DNA from: a virus
Taxonomy: Duplodnaviria > Caudoviricetes
IMG/VR virus record: IMGVR_UViG_3300010403_000009
Location: 1-51,205 of that record
Length of the DNA: 51,205 nucleotides
Reading direction: 5' to 3' (one strand)
Part shown: positions 43,695 through 51,205 of the stretch, piece by piece
Numbering within the stretch: the first letter of the stretch is position 1
Layout: the number at the start of each line of letters is the position of its first letter
The notes under the pieces: generated by a model
Told to the model about the DNA's origin: nothing
The model's database searches: none
Seen by the model: the letters and a program-made list of their open reading frames with translations, nothing else
Made by a program: the position numbers and the translations under genes

Positions 43695-43900
43695 GCAAAG
43701 CAAAAGCATCCGGTCATGTCTTCGTTGTGGCGCGCAAGTACATCGTACAAGTCCAGCATGAGGTCACCGCGAATTCTCTGGCCGAGGCTGTCGGCAAACT
43801 CGCGCAACTCAAGTACGACGACTTCAGCGAATACGGCGAGCAGATCGAAACGGTCGATGAAACCGCATGGCTTCGCGACGCAATCGAGAACAAGCCGTGA
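43691..43900 (+). CDS. Hypothetical protein
   Basis: ATGA-coupled. Confidence 0.65.
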   Translation: MSKAKASGHVFVVARKYIVQVQHEVTANSLAEAVGKLAQLKYDDFSEYGEQIETVDETAWLRDAIENKP

Positions 43901-44193
43901 AATTCCCCATCGGTCCCGATGACAGGATTCCGCGCGCGTGGCTCAAAGGAAAGGCAATGGACATCAACAAGGCCGCTGAAATCGTCTATGCCGGCGCACC
44001 CGGCAATCTGGAGGCACCTGTGCTCACACCACTACCGACTGCCGAAGTGCTCCACCTGCGCGTGGAGAACAAGCAGCGCACGCTGGCTCGTCTCGCTCGG
44101 GAGATCGCCGAGAAGGAACAGCGCGTCTCGGATCTGGCCCACGAGATCTGGCTGCTCAAGCTGGAACGCGAGGGAGTGCAGAGTCATGGCTGA
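43897..44193 (+). CDS. Hypothetical coiled-coil protein
   Basis: GTGA-coupled; alternative ATG start at 43957. Confidence 0.6.
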   Translation: MKFPIGPDDRIPRAWLKGKAMDINKAAEIVYAGAPGNLEAPVLTPLPTAEVLHLRVENKQRTLARLAREIAEKEQRVSDLAHEIWLLKLEREGVQSHG

Positions 44194-44404
44194 TTGCGCA
44201 GATGCCAACATCGCATCGATCCGCGAGCTTGCGAAGACGGCTGACGCCGAGACGCTGCGCGAGATTGTGAACCTCCTGTGCGACCGTATCGAGACTGCGC
44301 AGCGCCTGAACGAGAAGGTTCAGCGCGGCCTCGCTGCACAGAAAACCCACATCGAGGAAGCGCAGCGCGAGATTCGTCGTTTGTCGGAGGTGCGCCGTGG
44401 CTGA
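44186..44404 (+). CDS. Hypothetical coiled-coil protein
   Basis: GGAG RBS; heptads. Confidence 0.6.
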   Translation: MADCADANIASIRELAKTADAETLREIVNLLCDRIETAQRLNEKVQRGLAAQKTHIEEAQREIRRLSEVRRG

Positions 44405-44789
44405 CTTTTTCGACATGCTACCGAAGCGCGACCCAAAGATGGATGCGCGCATTCTGGACTCGCTTTACCCGAGCGACTTCTTTCCGAAGAAGGGCGAGTA
44501 CTTCCGCGTTCGGGCTTGCACGATCGCGGATCGCAGCTACATGGGCGACATCTGGCTCTGTATCGAATCTCAGCAACACTGCGCGGTTGGCAAGCGAGTG
44601 CTGAGTTCGTATTCAGGGCTTGACCCGAGGCCCAGCATCATCGGCGGATTGGGTGAGGTGAAGTCCTTCGTTGCTGGCGACGTGATCTTCTACGACTGCA
44701 CGCAGATTTGGGCGGCTGTTGAAGAGGATCGTGGCGCGCCAGTCGAACTCCCCGCCAAACCATCGTCTGATGAAACGGTGCAGTCGTGA
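44397..44789 (+). CDS. Hypothetical protein
   Basis: GGAGG RBS. Confidence 0.65.
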   Translation: MADFFDMLPKRDPKMDARILDSLYPSDFFPKKGEYFRVRACTIADRSYMGDIWLCIESQQHCAVGKRVLSSYSGLDPRPSIIGGLGEVKSFVAGDVIFYDCTQIWAAVEEDRGAPVELPAKPSSDETVQS

Positions 44790-44823
44790 GTCCGCTCCCT
44801 GACGATCACCAAGGTAGGAAGCC

Positions 44824-45135
44824 ATGAGCACATCGCGATACACCGTCGAGATTCTCGCTTCCGGCCAGCCGCGAGCTTATGCGGATTCGAGATCTCATGT
44901 GCGCGTGACCATCGAATACTTCTTCGCATGGCTCGGCGATCCGAAAGATCCGCGCTCAGCATGGAAGGTGAACGAGTCGTGGACCGAAGAGAAGATCCGC
45001 GCGCTGCTCCCGCATCTGCGCTGCGGGTTTACCGAGAACACCGAGTGGAAACTTGGCAGCGCGAAGCTCGACTGGCTCAAGCAAGTGAGCCCCGGCGTAT
45101 GGGAATTCCACACAAGCGAGCCCTTCAATGACTGA
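44824..45135 (+). CDS. Hypothetical protein
   Basis: AGGA RBS. Confidence 0.65.
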   Translation: MSTSRYTVEILASGQPRAYADSRSHVRVTIEYFFAWLGDPKDPRSAWKVNESWTEEKIRALLPHLRCGFTENTEWKLGSAKLDWLKQVSPGVWEFHTSEPFND

Positions 45136-45487
45136 TCCGCTCACCAATGAACAACAGGTGCATGCGCGCCCGCTGCCGGTGACAGATGTCGATCTCGCAT
45201 TCGGCGGGAAGATGGACAAGCTGCTACCGCTCTATCGGAGTCTTCCCGAAGAGTTCCAGCACGAGCACGATCAATTCTCGCCGCTCGTCAATCGCTGGTT
45301 CTTCAGCGGGCTCGACAAGACGTTGCTCAAAGCGAAAGACGGCATCGACGAGAAGATGGCATGGCGACACCTCGCCGCGATCATGCGGAGTTTTGAGCCG
45401 AAACACGAGCACAAGGTCGCCGGTGTCGCATGGCTCATGTCTCAGTGGTTTGAGCCGGTGACCGCACTCCAGCGGAGCACCCCATGA
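45128..45487 (+). CDS. Hypothetical phage protein
   Basis: WFF.G and SFEPKHEHK.AG.A.LMS.WF motifs. Confidence 0.7.
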   Translation: MTDPLTNEQQVHARPLPVTDVDLAFGGKMDKLLPLYRSLPEEFQHEHDQFSPLVNRWFFSGLDKTLLKAKDGIDEKMAWRHLAAIMRSFEPKHEHKVAGVAWLMSQWFEPVTALQRSTP

Positions 45488-45648
45488 AGCCCGAGACGGC
45501 AGGAATGATCGTCTGCGGCGTCTTCATCCTGATCGCCATCGTGTGCGCGGTCGCAGATTTCGAAGCCCGCAAGCCCAAGAAGAACATTCGGCTCCCGCGC
45601 CATGTTGCATGGGACCGCGCAGCCAAATATTACGGAGATACGGAATGA
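45484..45648 (+). CDS. Small TM protein (54 aa, not in ORF track)
   Basis: ATGA overlaps at both ends; N-terminal TM. Confidence 0.6.
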   Translation: MKPETAGMIVCGVFILIAIVCAVADFEARKPKKNIRLPRHVAWDRAAKYYGDTE

Positions 45649-46400
45649 GCGTCATTGTGAAACAGGACGGCACGCTGGCCACGCGCGATCAGGCGCCGGT
45701 TGCGAGCTTGCTCGAAGTGATCAGCCGGGCAGCATCCGACCCGTCCGTGGACATCGAGAAGATGGAGCGGCTGATGGCCATGCACGAGCGCATCACCGCG
45801 CGCCAGGCTGAGGCTGCGTTCAGCGCCGCCATGTCGGCCGCGCAGGCGGAGATGAAGCGGGTATCGGCCGATGCCACCAATCCCCAGACACGCAGCGACT
45901 ACGCCTCCTACGGCAAGCTGGATAGCGTTCTGCGGCCAATCTATACCCGCCACGGGTTCTCGCTGACGTTCAGCGATGGCGAGACCGCGAAGCCGGAACA
46001 CGTCCGCGTGGTGTGCTTGGTGCGCCACACGGCTGGCCACAAAGAGACGCACTGGAAGGACATGCCCGCCGATGGCAAGGGCGCCAAGGGCGGCGACGTG
46101 ATGACGAAGACCCACGCGGCCGGCGCGGCCCAGCAGTACGGCATGCGTTACCTGCTCAAGGGCATCTTCAACGTCGCTATCGGTGAGAACGACAACGACG
46201 GGAACGCGGCTGACGAGACGATCACCGAGCAGCAGGCCGCTGACCTTGAGGCGCTCTGCACCGAGGTGGGCGCGCGCCCCGACAAGTTCCGCGAGCTGTT
46301 CTGCAAGGTCGAGACCTTCGACCAGATCCCCGCCAAGAATTACGACGCCTGTGTGGCCGAGTTGCGGCGCTATGGCAAGAACCGGAGCGCTGGCAAGTGA
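45645..46400 (+). CDS. erf: ERF-family single-strand annealing protein
   Basis: DIEKMERL, YAS...L...LRP....HGFS, V.C.V.H..GH, YG.RYLL..IFN....DNDGN. Confidence 0.88.
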   Translation: MSVIVKQDGTLATRDQAPVASLLEVISRAASDPSVDIEKMERLMAMHERITARQAEAAFSAAMSAAQAEMKRVSADATNPQTRSDYASYGKLDSVLRPIYTRHGFSLTFSDGETAKPEHVRVVCLVRHTAGHKETHWKDMPADGKGAKGGDVMTKTHAAGAAQQYGMRYLLKGIFNVAIGENDNDGNAADETITEQQAADLEALCTEVGARPDKFRELFCKVETFDQIPAKNYDACVAELRRYGKNRSAGK

Positions 46401-47008
46401 TCGAGATATTCGACTGCGAGCAGAACAGCGATGCCTGGTACGCCGCGCGGCTCGGGCTGCCGACAGCCAGCGAGTTCAAGTCGATCCTCGCCAAGGGCGA
46501 AGGAAAGATGCGCCGGAGCTACATGCTGAAGCTCATAGGCGAGGTTCTGACGGGCGAGCGCGAGGACAGCTACTCGAACGACCATATGGAGCGCGGGCAC
46601 GCCCACGAGCCTGACGCTCGCAATCTCTACATGTTTCAGCGTGACGTAGAGATTCAGCGCGTCGGATTCATCAAGAACGGGCCGAAGGGGTGCAGCCCCG
46701 ATGGGCTGGTGGGCAAGAACGGGATGATGGAGACAAAGTCGAAGATGTCTCACCTACATCTCGATGTGCTCCTCCGCAACCGCCTGCCGCCTGAGCATAC
46801 CGCGCAGTGCCAAGGTGCGTTGTGGGTGGCTGAGCGCGAGTGGATCGACTTCTGCTCGTACCGCCCAAAGTTGCCGCTAGTCGTCATCCGCGTGTTCCGG
46901 GACGAGATCTACATCAAGAATCTCGCCTCCGAGGTAGACGCATTCCTCGCGGAAATGAACGAGCTGATGGCTCGCGTCAGCGAGTACAGGATTTCGGAGG
47001 CCGCGTAA
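46397..47008 (+). CDS. YqaJ/lambda-type 5'-3' exonuclease
   Basis: W...RLG..TAS, M.RG...EP.AR, GCSPDGL, E.K, Q.QG.LWV. Confidence 0.9.
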   Translation: MIEIFDCEQNSDAWYAARLGLPTASEFKSILAKGEGKMRRSYMLKLIGEVLTGEREDSYSNDHMERGHAHEPDARNLYMFQRDVEIQRVGFIKNGPKGCSPDGLVGKNGMMETKSKMSHLHLDVLLRNRLPPEHTAQCQGALWVAEREWIDFCSYRPKLPLVVIRVFRDEIYIKNLASEVDAFLAEMNELMARVSEYRISEAA

Positions 47009-47433
47009 TGGCTGAGATCTTCCAGAAGCGCACTCTCTCCGGCTGGATACCGGCCGATGAGCCGAGCCAGGCGGAATGGCGCAAGCAGAAGTTGGGCGAG
47101 GTGTACCGCGGGAAGTTCGCGAAGCCGCGCAACTACAAGCACCACTGCCAGTTCATGGCCCTGCTGGAGCTGACCTTCAACAATCAGGAGCAATACGACA
47201 ACGAGCGCATGTTCCGCCGCGCCGTGGCGCTGGAGGCTGGCTTCGTCGATACGATCATCACGCTCGACGGCGAGGTGCATCTGATTCCGAAGTCCTACAG
47301 CTACGACGAGCTGCCGGACGAAGACGATTTCACCAAAGAGTTCGGGGCGGCCATGACTGTGTGCGCGAGAATCCTGCGCATGGCCGCCCCCGAGCTCGAG
47401 CACGAAGTCTCGAAGTACGCGGTGGCCGCGTGA
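47008..47433 (+). CDS. DUF1367-like protein
   Basis: PRN.KHH..F.ALL; F......AG; PKS.SY. Confidence 0.7.
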   Translation: MAEIFQKRTLSGWIPADEPSQAEWRKQKLGEVYRGKFAKPRNYKHHCQFMALLELTFNNQEQYDNERMFRRAVALEAGFVDTIITLDGEVHLIPKSYSYDELPDEDDFTKEFGAAMTVCARILRMAAPELEHEVSKYAVAA

Positions 47434-47780
47434 CCTTCCGTAGCTCACCAATTCTTCGGATGTCGAAAGGCGAGACCTGCGTTCGCTGCAATCGCCGGCA
47501 TGAGAGCGTGGTGGGCGCGCACTACACAGGCGTACGTCGCGGCTCGTACGGTGGCGGCTTGGGGATCAAGGTGCACGACTGCCTCGTGGCGGACCTCTGC
47601 CAGGAATGCCACGCCTACATCGATACCCTCTCGCGCGACAAAGAGGGCCGCTGGGGCCACAGCGAAGAATTCCTTCACTACATCGCACTGACCGTTGCCA
47701 AGCGCTTTGAGAGCGGCAAGTACCGCATCGGGCACGAGGCTCTGGTCCCCGAAGCTCTTGTTTCGAAAACCGGAGAATAA
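47430..47780 (+). CDS. DUF1364/HNH-like Zn-binding nuclease
   Basis: C.RC.....VVGAH, G.GIK..D...A.LC..CH...D. Confidence 0.75.
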   Translation: MTFRSSPILRMSKGETCVRCNRRHESVVGAHYTGVRRGSYGGGLGIKVHDCLVADLCQECHAYIDTLSRDKEGRWGHSEEFLHYIALTVAKRFESGKYRIGHEALVPEALVSKTGE

Positions 47781-47782
47781 CT

Positions 47783-48178
47783 ATGAATCTTGCCGAGCGA
47801 GTTGAGAGCGTCCTGAAGGATTGTCTTTACAAGGATGGCGAGTTCGAAGGCGATACGCCTCCAGCCGATGCCGTGATCGCAGACGGCATCATATCGAAAT
47901 TCGCATTCCATCCTGAGCGACTCGCCTCTCACAAGGCAGACATCGCTGCCCTGTGCAATGAATTGCCTGACACCTTCCAGCGATCTGGTGGCGGTGGCTG
48001 GACGTTCTTGAATCTCTGTCAGACGAAGGACGGTGAATTATGGGGTGAGCACCGCAACTGCGAGCAACTCGTGGTGCTGGCCATCGCTAGCGGGCAAGGC
48101 GGCTATGCGATGCCGCGGGAAATGTGGTCAATGCTTCCTGGAAGTATGCCGTACGTGTACTTCGATACGAGACAGTAG
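47783..48178 (+). CDS. Hypothetical phage protein
   Basis: GGAG RBS; GGGWTFLN.C, W..LPG.MPY. Confidence 0.75.
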   Translation: MNLAERVESVLKDCLYKDGEFEGDTPPADAVIADGIISKFAFHPERLASHKADIAALCNELPDTFQRSGGGGWTFLNLCQTKDGELWGEHRNCEQLVVLAIASGQGGYAMPREMWSMLPGSMPYVYFDTRQ

Positions 48179-48191
48179 ACCGCAACAAGTC

Positions 48192-48566
48192 ATGACCATG
48201 GCGGACTATTTCGGAAATCTATCGCCCGCTCGCCGCGCGGCCTACCTGCGGCGTGTTGGGCCGACGATAGCGATGTGCCAGTACCTGTCTTTCGAGCAGA
48301 TGAATCGATTCATCAACCAGCGAAGGAATGCTATGAACGTTTCAAGATTGCCGACGAAGCAGGAGCGATACGCGGCACGCATCGAGGCATGCGCTACCGC
48401 GCTCGATCCAGCGATAGCATCGTGCGCCAGCTCCTACGGCACATGGATACTCATCGCGGCTCTCACCCAGTCGTACGAGGATGTTCTGCACCACCTGTAT
48501 CTGACAGACCGCGCGCAGGCGCAGGCATTGCTGCACAAGGTGCGGCAGATCATGGAGGCCCGATGA
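48192..48566 (+). CDS. Hypothetical protein
   Basis: Start uncertain (48192 or 48333). Confidence 0.55.
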   Translation: MTMADYFGNLSPARRAAYLRRVGPTIAMCQYLSFEQMNRFINQRRNAMNVSRLPTKQERYAARIEACATALDPAIASCASSYGTWILIAALTQSYEDVLHHLYLTDRAQAQALLHKVRQIMEAR

Positions 48567-48760
48567 GTCAAATGAAGTATCGGCAGCCTGGATATCTCCA
48601 CTGCAGGTCGAGAGCCGTAAGGGCCATGCAGGCTATGCAAGATTATGGAATGGAGAAGCCGTTGCATGGGAGGGATCACTACTTCGTGATCTTCACCATG
48701 GGGCTCGATATGTGCGCTAGATGCCGCAAGCCGCGCAGCGAACACCCGAGGGCGAAATGA
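48563..48760 (+). CDS. Hypothetical protein
   Basis: ATGA-coupled; CxxC...H. Confidence 0.55.
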   Translation: MSQMKYRQPGYLHCRSRAVRAMQAMQDYGMEKPLHGRDHYFVIFTMGLDMCARCRKPRSEHPRAK

Positions 48761-48921
48761 TCGCGCTCGCCTTTTTCGTACACTTCACGCCGCCCTGCGC
48801 GCCTCACGGCTCGTACGTCTATGCCGCAGGCCCGTCGAACAACTACCTGCAACAGCACTGCAGGCTGATCAGGCGGGATACGAATCTGTACTGGTGCCCG
48901 GCGCCGAAGGTGAAGCGATGA
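48757..48921 (+). CDS. Hypothetical protein
   Basis: ATGA-coupled. Confidence 0.5.
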   Translation: MIALAFFVHFTPPCAPHGSYVYAAGPSNNYLQQHCRLIRRDTNLYWCPAPKVKR

Positions 48922-49178
48922 GTGAGTTAGTCCCTGCAGATCAGCGGCTCAAGGCGATTCGAGAACGCGTCAAAGAGTCGCGCGGCGTGTTCTATGTTGG
49001 CGCTGCCCGGTTAGATCATCGGGAAGAACAGACGGCCAAAGAGGATCGGCAGTGGTTACTGGAGTATGCCGACAAACTGATGGAGTACGCCGAACACAAA
49101 CTCGGTTGCTCAACACTGAACACGCACCATTGTTCGTGTGGCCTCGTACAGTTGCTGCCGGATCGGAGAGTTTCATGA
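48918..49178 (+). CDS. Hypothetical protein
   Basis: ATGA-coupled; H...C......CSCG. Confidence 0.6.
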   Translation: MSELVPADQRLKAIRERVKESRGVFYVGAARLDHREEQTAKEDRQWLLEYADKLMEYAEHKLGCSTLNTHHCSCGLVQLLPDRRVS

Positions 49179-49585
49179 CCTCAAACCTCCAAAGTGACCC
49201 GAATATCTGCGGCGAGGACGGGCCGATTACGGCCGAGCAATGCGCGCTGTGGCTGGACGCAAAGTATCGACGACACGGCGAGCTTGAAGACCGCGCGGCG
49301 GCGATGTGGCTGCGTAAGCTATCGGCGCGATCCGTTCCCGAGACGACTTGTTCTCTTCCGCATGATCACTTCGGCGCATGCGAGACACCCGCGAAGCCTT
49401 CGATGATCAAGTTGCTCGACCAAGTACGCGAGCGCTATCGCGAAGTTAACCCCGGCCAGTGTCGAATACTCAGCAACGACGATTGCCGGTGCTTTTTGTG
49501 CCTTACCGATTCAGCGATGGTCCTCGCGAGCCAAGCCGAACGAGGCGCAGTGAAAACAACACCGAATACATCAACAGGAGAATGA
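49175..49585 (+). CDS. Hypothetical Cys-rich protein
   Basis: ATGA-coupled. Confidence 0.55.
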   Translation: MTSNLQSDPNICGEDGPITAEQCALWLDAKYRRHGELEDRAAAMWLRKLSARSVPETTCSLPHDHFGACETPAKPSMIKLLDQVRERYREVNPGQCRILSNDDCRCFLCLTDSAMVLASQAERGAVKTTPNTSTGE

Positions 49586-49840
49586 CGATGGGTATTGCGC
49601 GCCTGCCTTCTTCCTGCGTGATGGCGCCGCTATTCATGTCGCGACGCTTATGAGCGCGAGATGGATCGTTGGTAGCCTGCTGTGAGCGAGTCCTGAAATG
49701 CTAAATGCTTTGTATTTCGCAATCGGTTGCGTGCTGCTCGCCATTGGCATGGTCATCGCTACGCTCGTTATGACGATACGCGAGATTCGCCGTCTGCGGC
49801 GCGCTCTCAGATCAGGCGATACATCCACACCGGAGCGAAC

Positions 49841-50185
49841 ATGAACGCATTGCCCGCGCAGATCACAATTGGCCAGAAGTATGGCCCGGCGATGGAGATC
49901 ACCGAACAGGCTCAGGCAACGGAATACTTCGAGCGCTGTGTTGAACACTGCATGAACTTCGGAAAGTCGCGGGACGAAGCCGAGGCCATCGAGCGCGCGA
50001 ACCTCGGTTACTACGCCGGCTATTACAACAACGAAACACGCATGCGCGTGGAGCGACTGTTCTCATGCGCGCATCCGATCTTCGGGAGCATCGCGGACAA
50101 AGGCATCCCGACGCCGGAGGAAGCCTTCGAAGCCGGACGCAAACTCGCGGCATCACAGGACAATGGACCTTCGGAGCCGAAATGA
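49841..50185 (+). CDS. Hypothetical protein
   Basis: GGAG RBS; NLGYYAGYY...HPIFG motif. Confidence 0.7.
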   Translation: MNALPAQITIGQKYGPAMEITEQAQATEYFERCVEHCMNFGKSRDEAEAIERANLGYYAGYYNNETRMRVERLFSCAHPIFGSIADKGIPTPEEAFEAGRKLAASQDNGPSEPK

Positions 50186-50382
50186 ATCTCACGGGCAGGC
50201 TATTCGATATAGGCACGCTTGAAGACGAGAAGGTCGGTTTCTCAATGCGCCTTGGTACTAGCCGCATCATCACCGTGACCGGCCTTGAGCGCGACGAGGT
50301 GAAGGCACTGGCGCCGCTATTCGGTAAGTCGGTCACTCTCGTCATCGGGTCACCTCTCAGCGCATCACCGGAGGGCAAATGA
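50182..50382 (+). CDS. Hypothetical protein
   Basis: ATGA-coupled. Confidence 0.6.
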   Translation: MNLTGRLFDIGTLEDEKVGFSMRLGTSRIITVTGLERDEVKALAPLFGKSVTLVIGSPLSASPEGK

Positions 50383-50564
50383 AAAAGCGCAAGCGTAAGT
50401 GTCGTGACTGCAATGGTGTAGGCAAGGTGTCTCTCGCCTCTCGGACGCATGCTGTCATGCCGATGGTCACTTGCCCTCGCTGTGATGGCAGCGGCAAAGA
50501 AGGCGGAAGTCTTCCGAGCCACATATCGCCGGATCGTCTCGCTGACGGCCGGGACTCGCTGTAA
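50379..50564 (+). CDS. Small DnaJ-type Zn-finger protein
   Basis: Two CxxCxGxG repeats. Confidence 0.6.
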   Translation: MKKRKRKCRDCNGVGKVSLASRTHAVMPMVTCPRCDGSGKEGGSLPSHISPDRLADGRDSL

Positions 50565-50580
50565 CCGTGCCTCCGAAGCT

Positions 50581-51105
50581 ATGAACGCGCAACTCGTCTT
50601 CCCCCCTGTCTTGGATGCCTGCTGCGGGCCTCGCATGATGTGGTTCGACAGCCAGGATCGCCGCGCCTTGTTCATCGACAAGCGACAGGAGACTCATCCG
50701 ATGGCCGGTGTCAACGATCCAGGCCGTGCTCCGATAGTCGTAGCGCCAGATATCGTCGCTGACTTTCGCTCGATGCCGTTTCCTGACGAATCGTTCTACC
50801 TGGTGGTGTTCGATCCGCCTCACATCAAGGCCTCGCGCGCAGGCAAGCGCGGCCGCTTCAAGAAGATCTACGGAGTGCTCCCGCACGATTGGCGGGAAAT
50901 GCTTAGCGCTGGCTTCGCGGAGTGCTTCCGCGTGCTGAGGCCTCACGGGATGCTCATCTTCAAATGGTCGGAGCACTGCTACCCACTGAATGACGTGCTG
51001 GCGTTGACGCCGCACAAGCCGCTATTCGGGCATCGCACGACGCGCTCGACGCACTGGTACACCTTCATGAAGGGTTCCGCTCACCCCACGACAGAGAAGC
51101 CATGA
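50581..51105 (+). CDS. Class I SAM-dependent methyltransferase (amino-MTase-like)
   Basis: VLDACCG (SAM binding), VVFDPPH, ECFRVL...G.LIFKW. Confidence 0.85.
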   Translation: MNAQLVFPPVLDACCGPRMMWFDSQDRRALFIDKRQETHPMAGVNDPGRAPIVVAPDIVADFRSMPFPDESFYLVVFDPPHIKASRAGKRGRFKKIYGVLPHDWREMLSAGFAECFRVLRPHGMLIFKWSEHCYPLNDVLALTPHKPLFGHRTTRSTHWYTFMKGSAHPTTEKP

Positions 51106-51205
51106 TCAATCCAATGCTGTGTTACGTGCCCGAGATGCATCTCGAAGGCTTCTGGCGCGTGAAGTTCGCTGACGTCTGCCTACTGATGCCGGATGCGGAA
51201 TTCAT
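51083..51205. repeat. Terminal direct repeat, right copy
   Basis: Exact copy of 1-123. Confidence 0.95.

Larger units (their letters stand above)
1..51205. mobile_element. Complete temperate podovirus-like phage genome (excised/circular form)
   Basis: TerL, portal, capsid, P22-like tail and ejection genes, lysis cassette, cI/cro, integrase with unsplit attP, terminal overlap. Confidence 0.93.

Noticed and set aside
1-51205. CRISPR array, rRNA, IS element or recoded genetic code
   Set aside because: I saw no repeat-spacer array, rRNA or transposase, and genes read fully in the standard code with tight coupling.

Overview
This window is an apparently complete, circularly assembled temperate phage genome of about 51.08 kb; bases 1-123 recur exactly at 51083-51205. 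It is GC-rich and podovirus-like, with P22-type tail and ejection genes. The host is probably a Proteobacterium, based on a tRNA-Glu attP core, an embedded Rz/Rz1 spanin pair and a dif-like site. The layout is lambdoid. A cI/cro switch with five GTAAG-N4-CTTAC operators sits at about 42.1-42.7 kb. A + strand early arm (ERF, YqaJ-type exonuclease, many small ORFs, methyltransferase, Thg1-like protein, xis, int) wraps through the window ends to attP, followed by a second integrase. The - strand runs cro, Q, an 11-kb accessory virion operon, terminase, portal, GroES, capsid, tail and ejection genes, tailspike and lysis. The most unusual elements are: (1) a stand-alone FixL-like PAS protein keeping the proximal heme His, embedded in an expanded lysis cassette; (2) an 11-kb pre-terminase operon of Fn3/Ig/PASTA/propeller/glycoside-hydrolase proteins with orphan terminal beta-strands, suggesting a pilus-like appendage built by donor-strand complementation; (3) no recognisable replication initiator, helicase or primase, with a structured non-coding segment and a short antisense unit at the usual O/P position, plus parS-like and dif-like sites; (4) two intact tyrosine recombinases flanking attP; (5) an HTH-fused large terminase. 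All family calls come from reading motifs by eye; no database searches were run.
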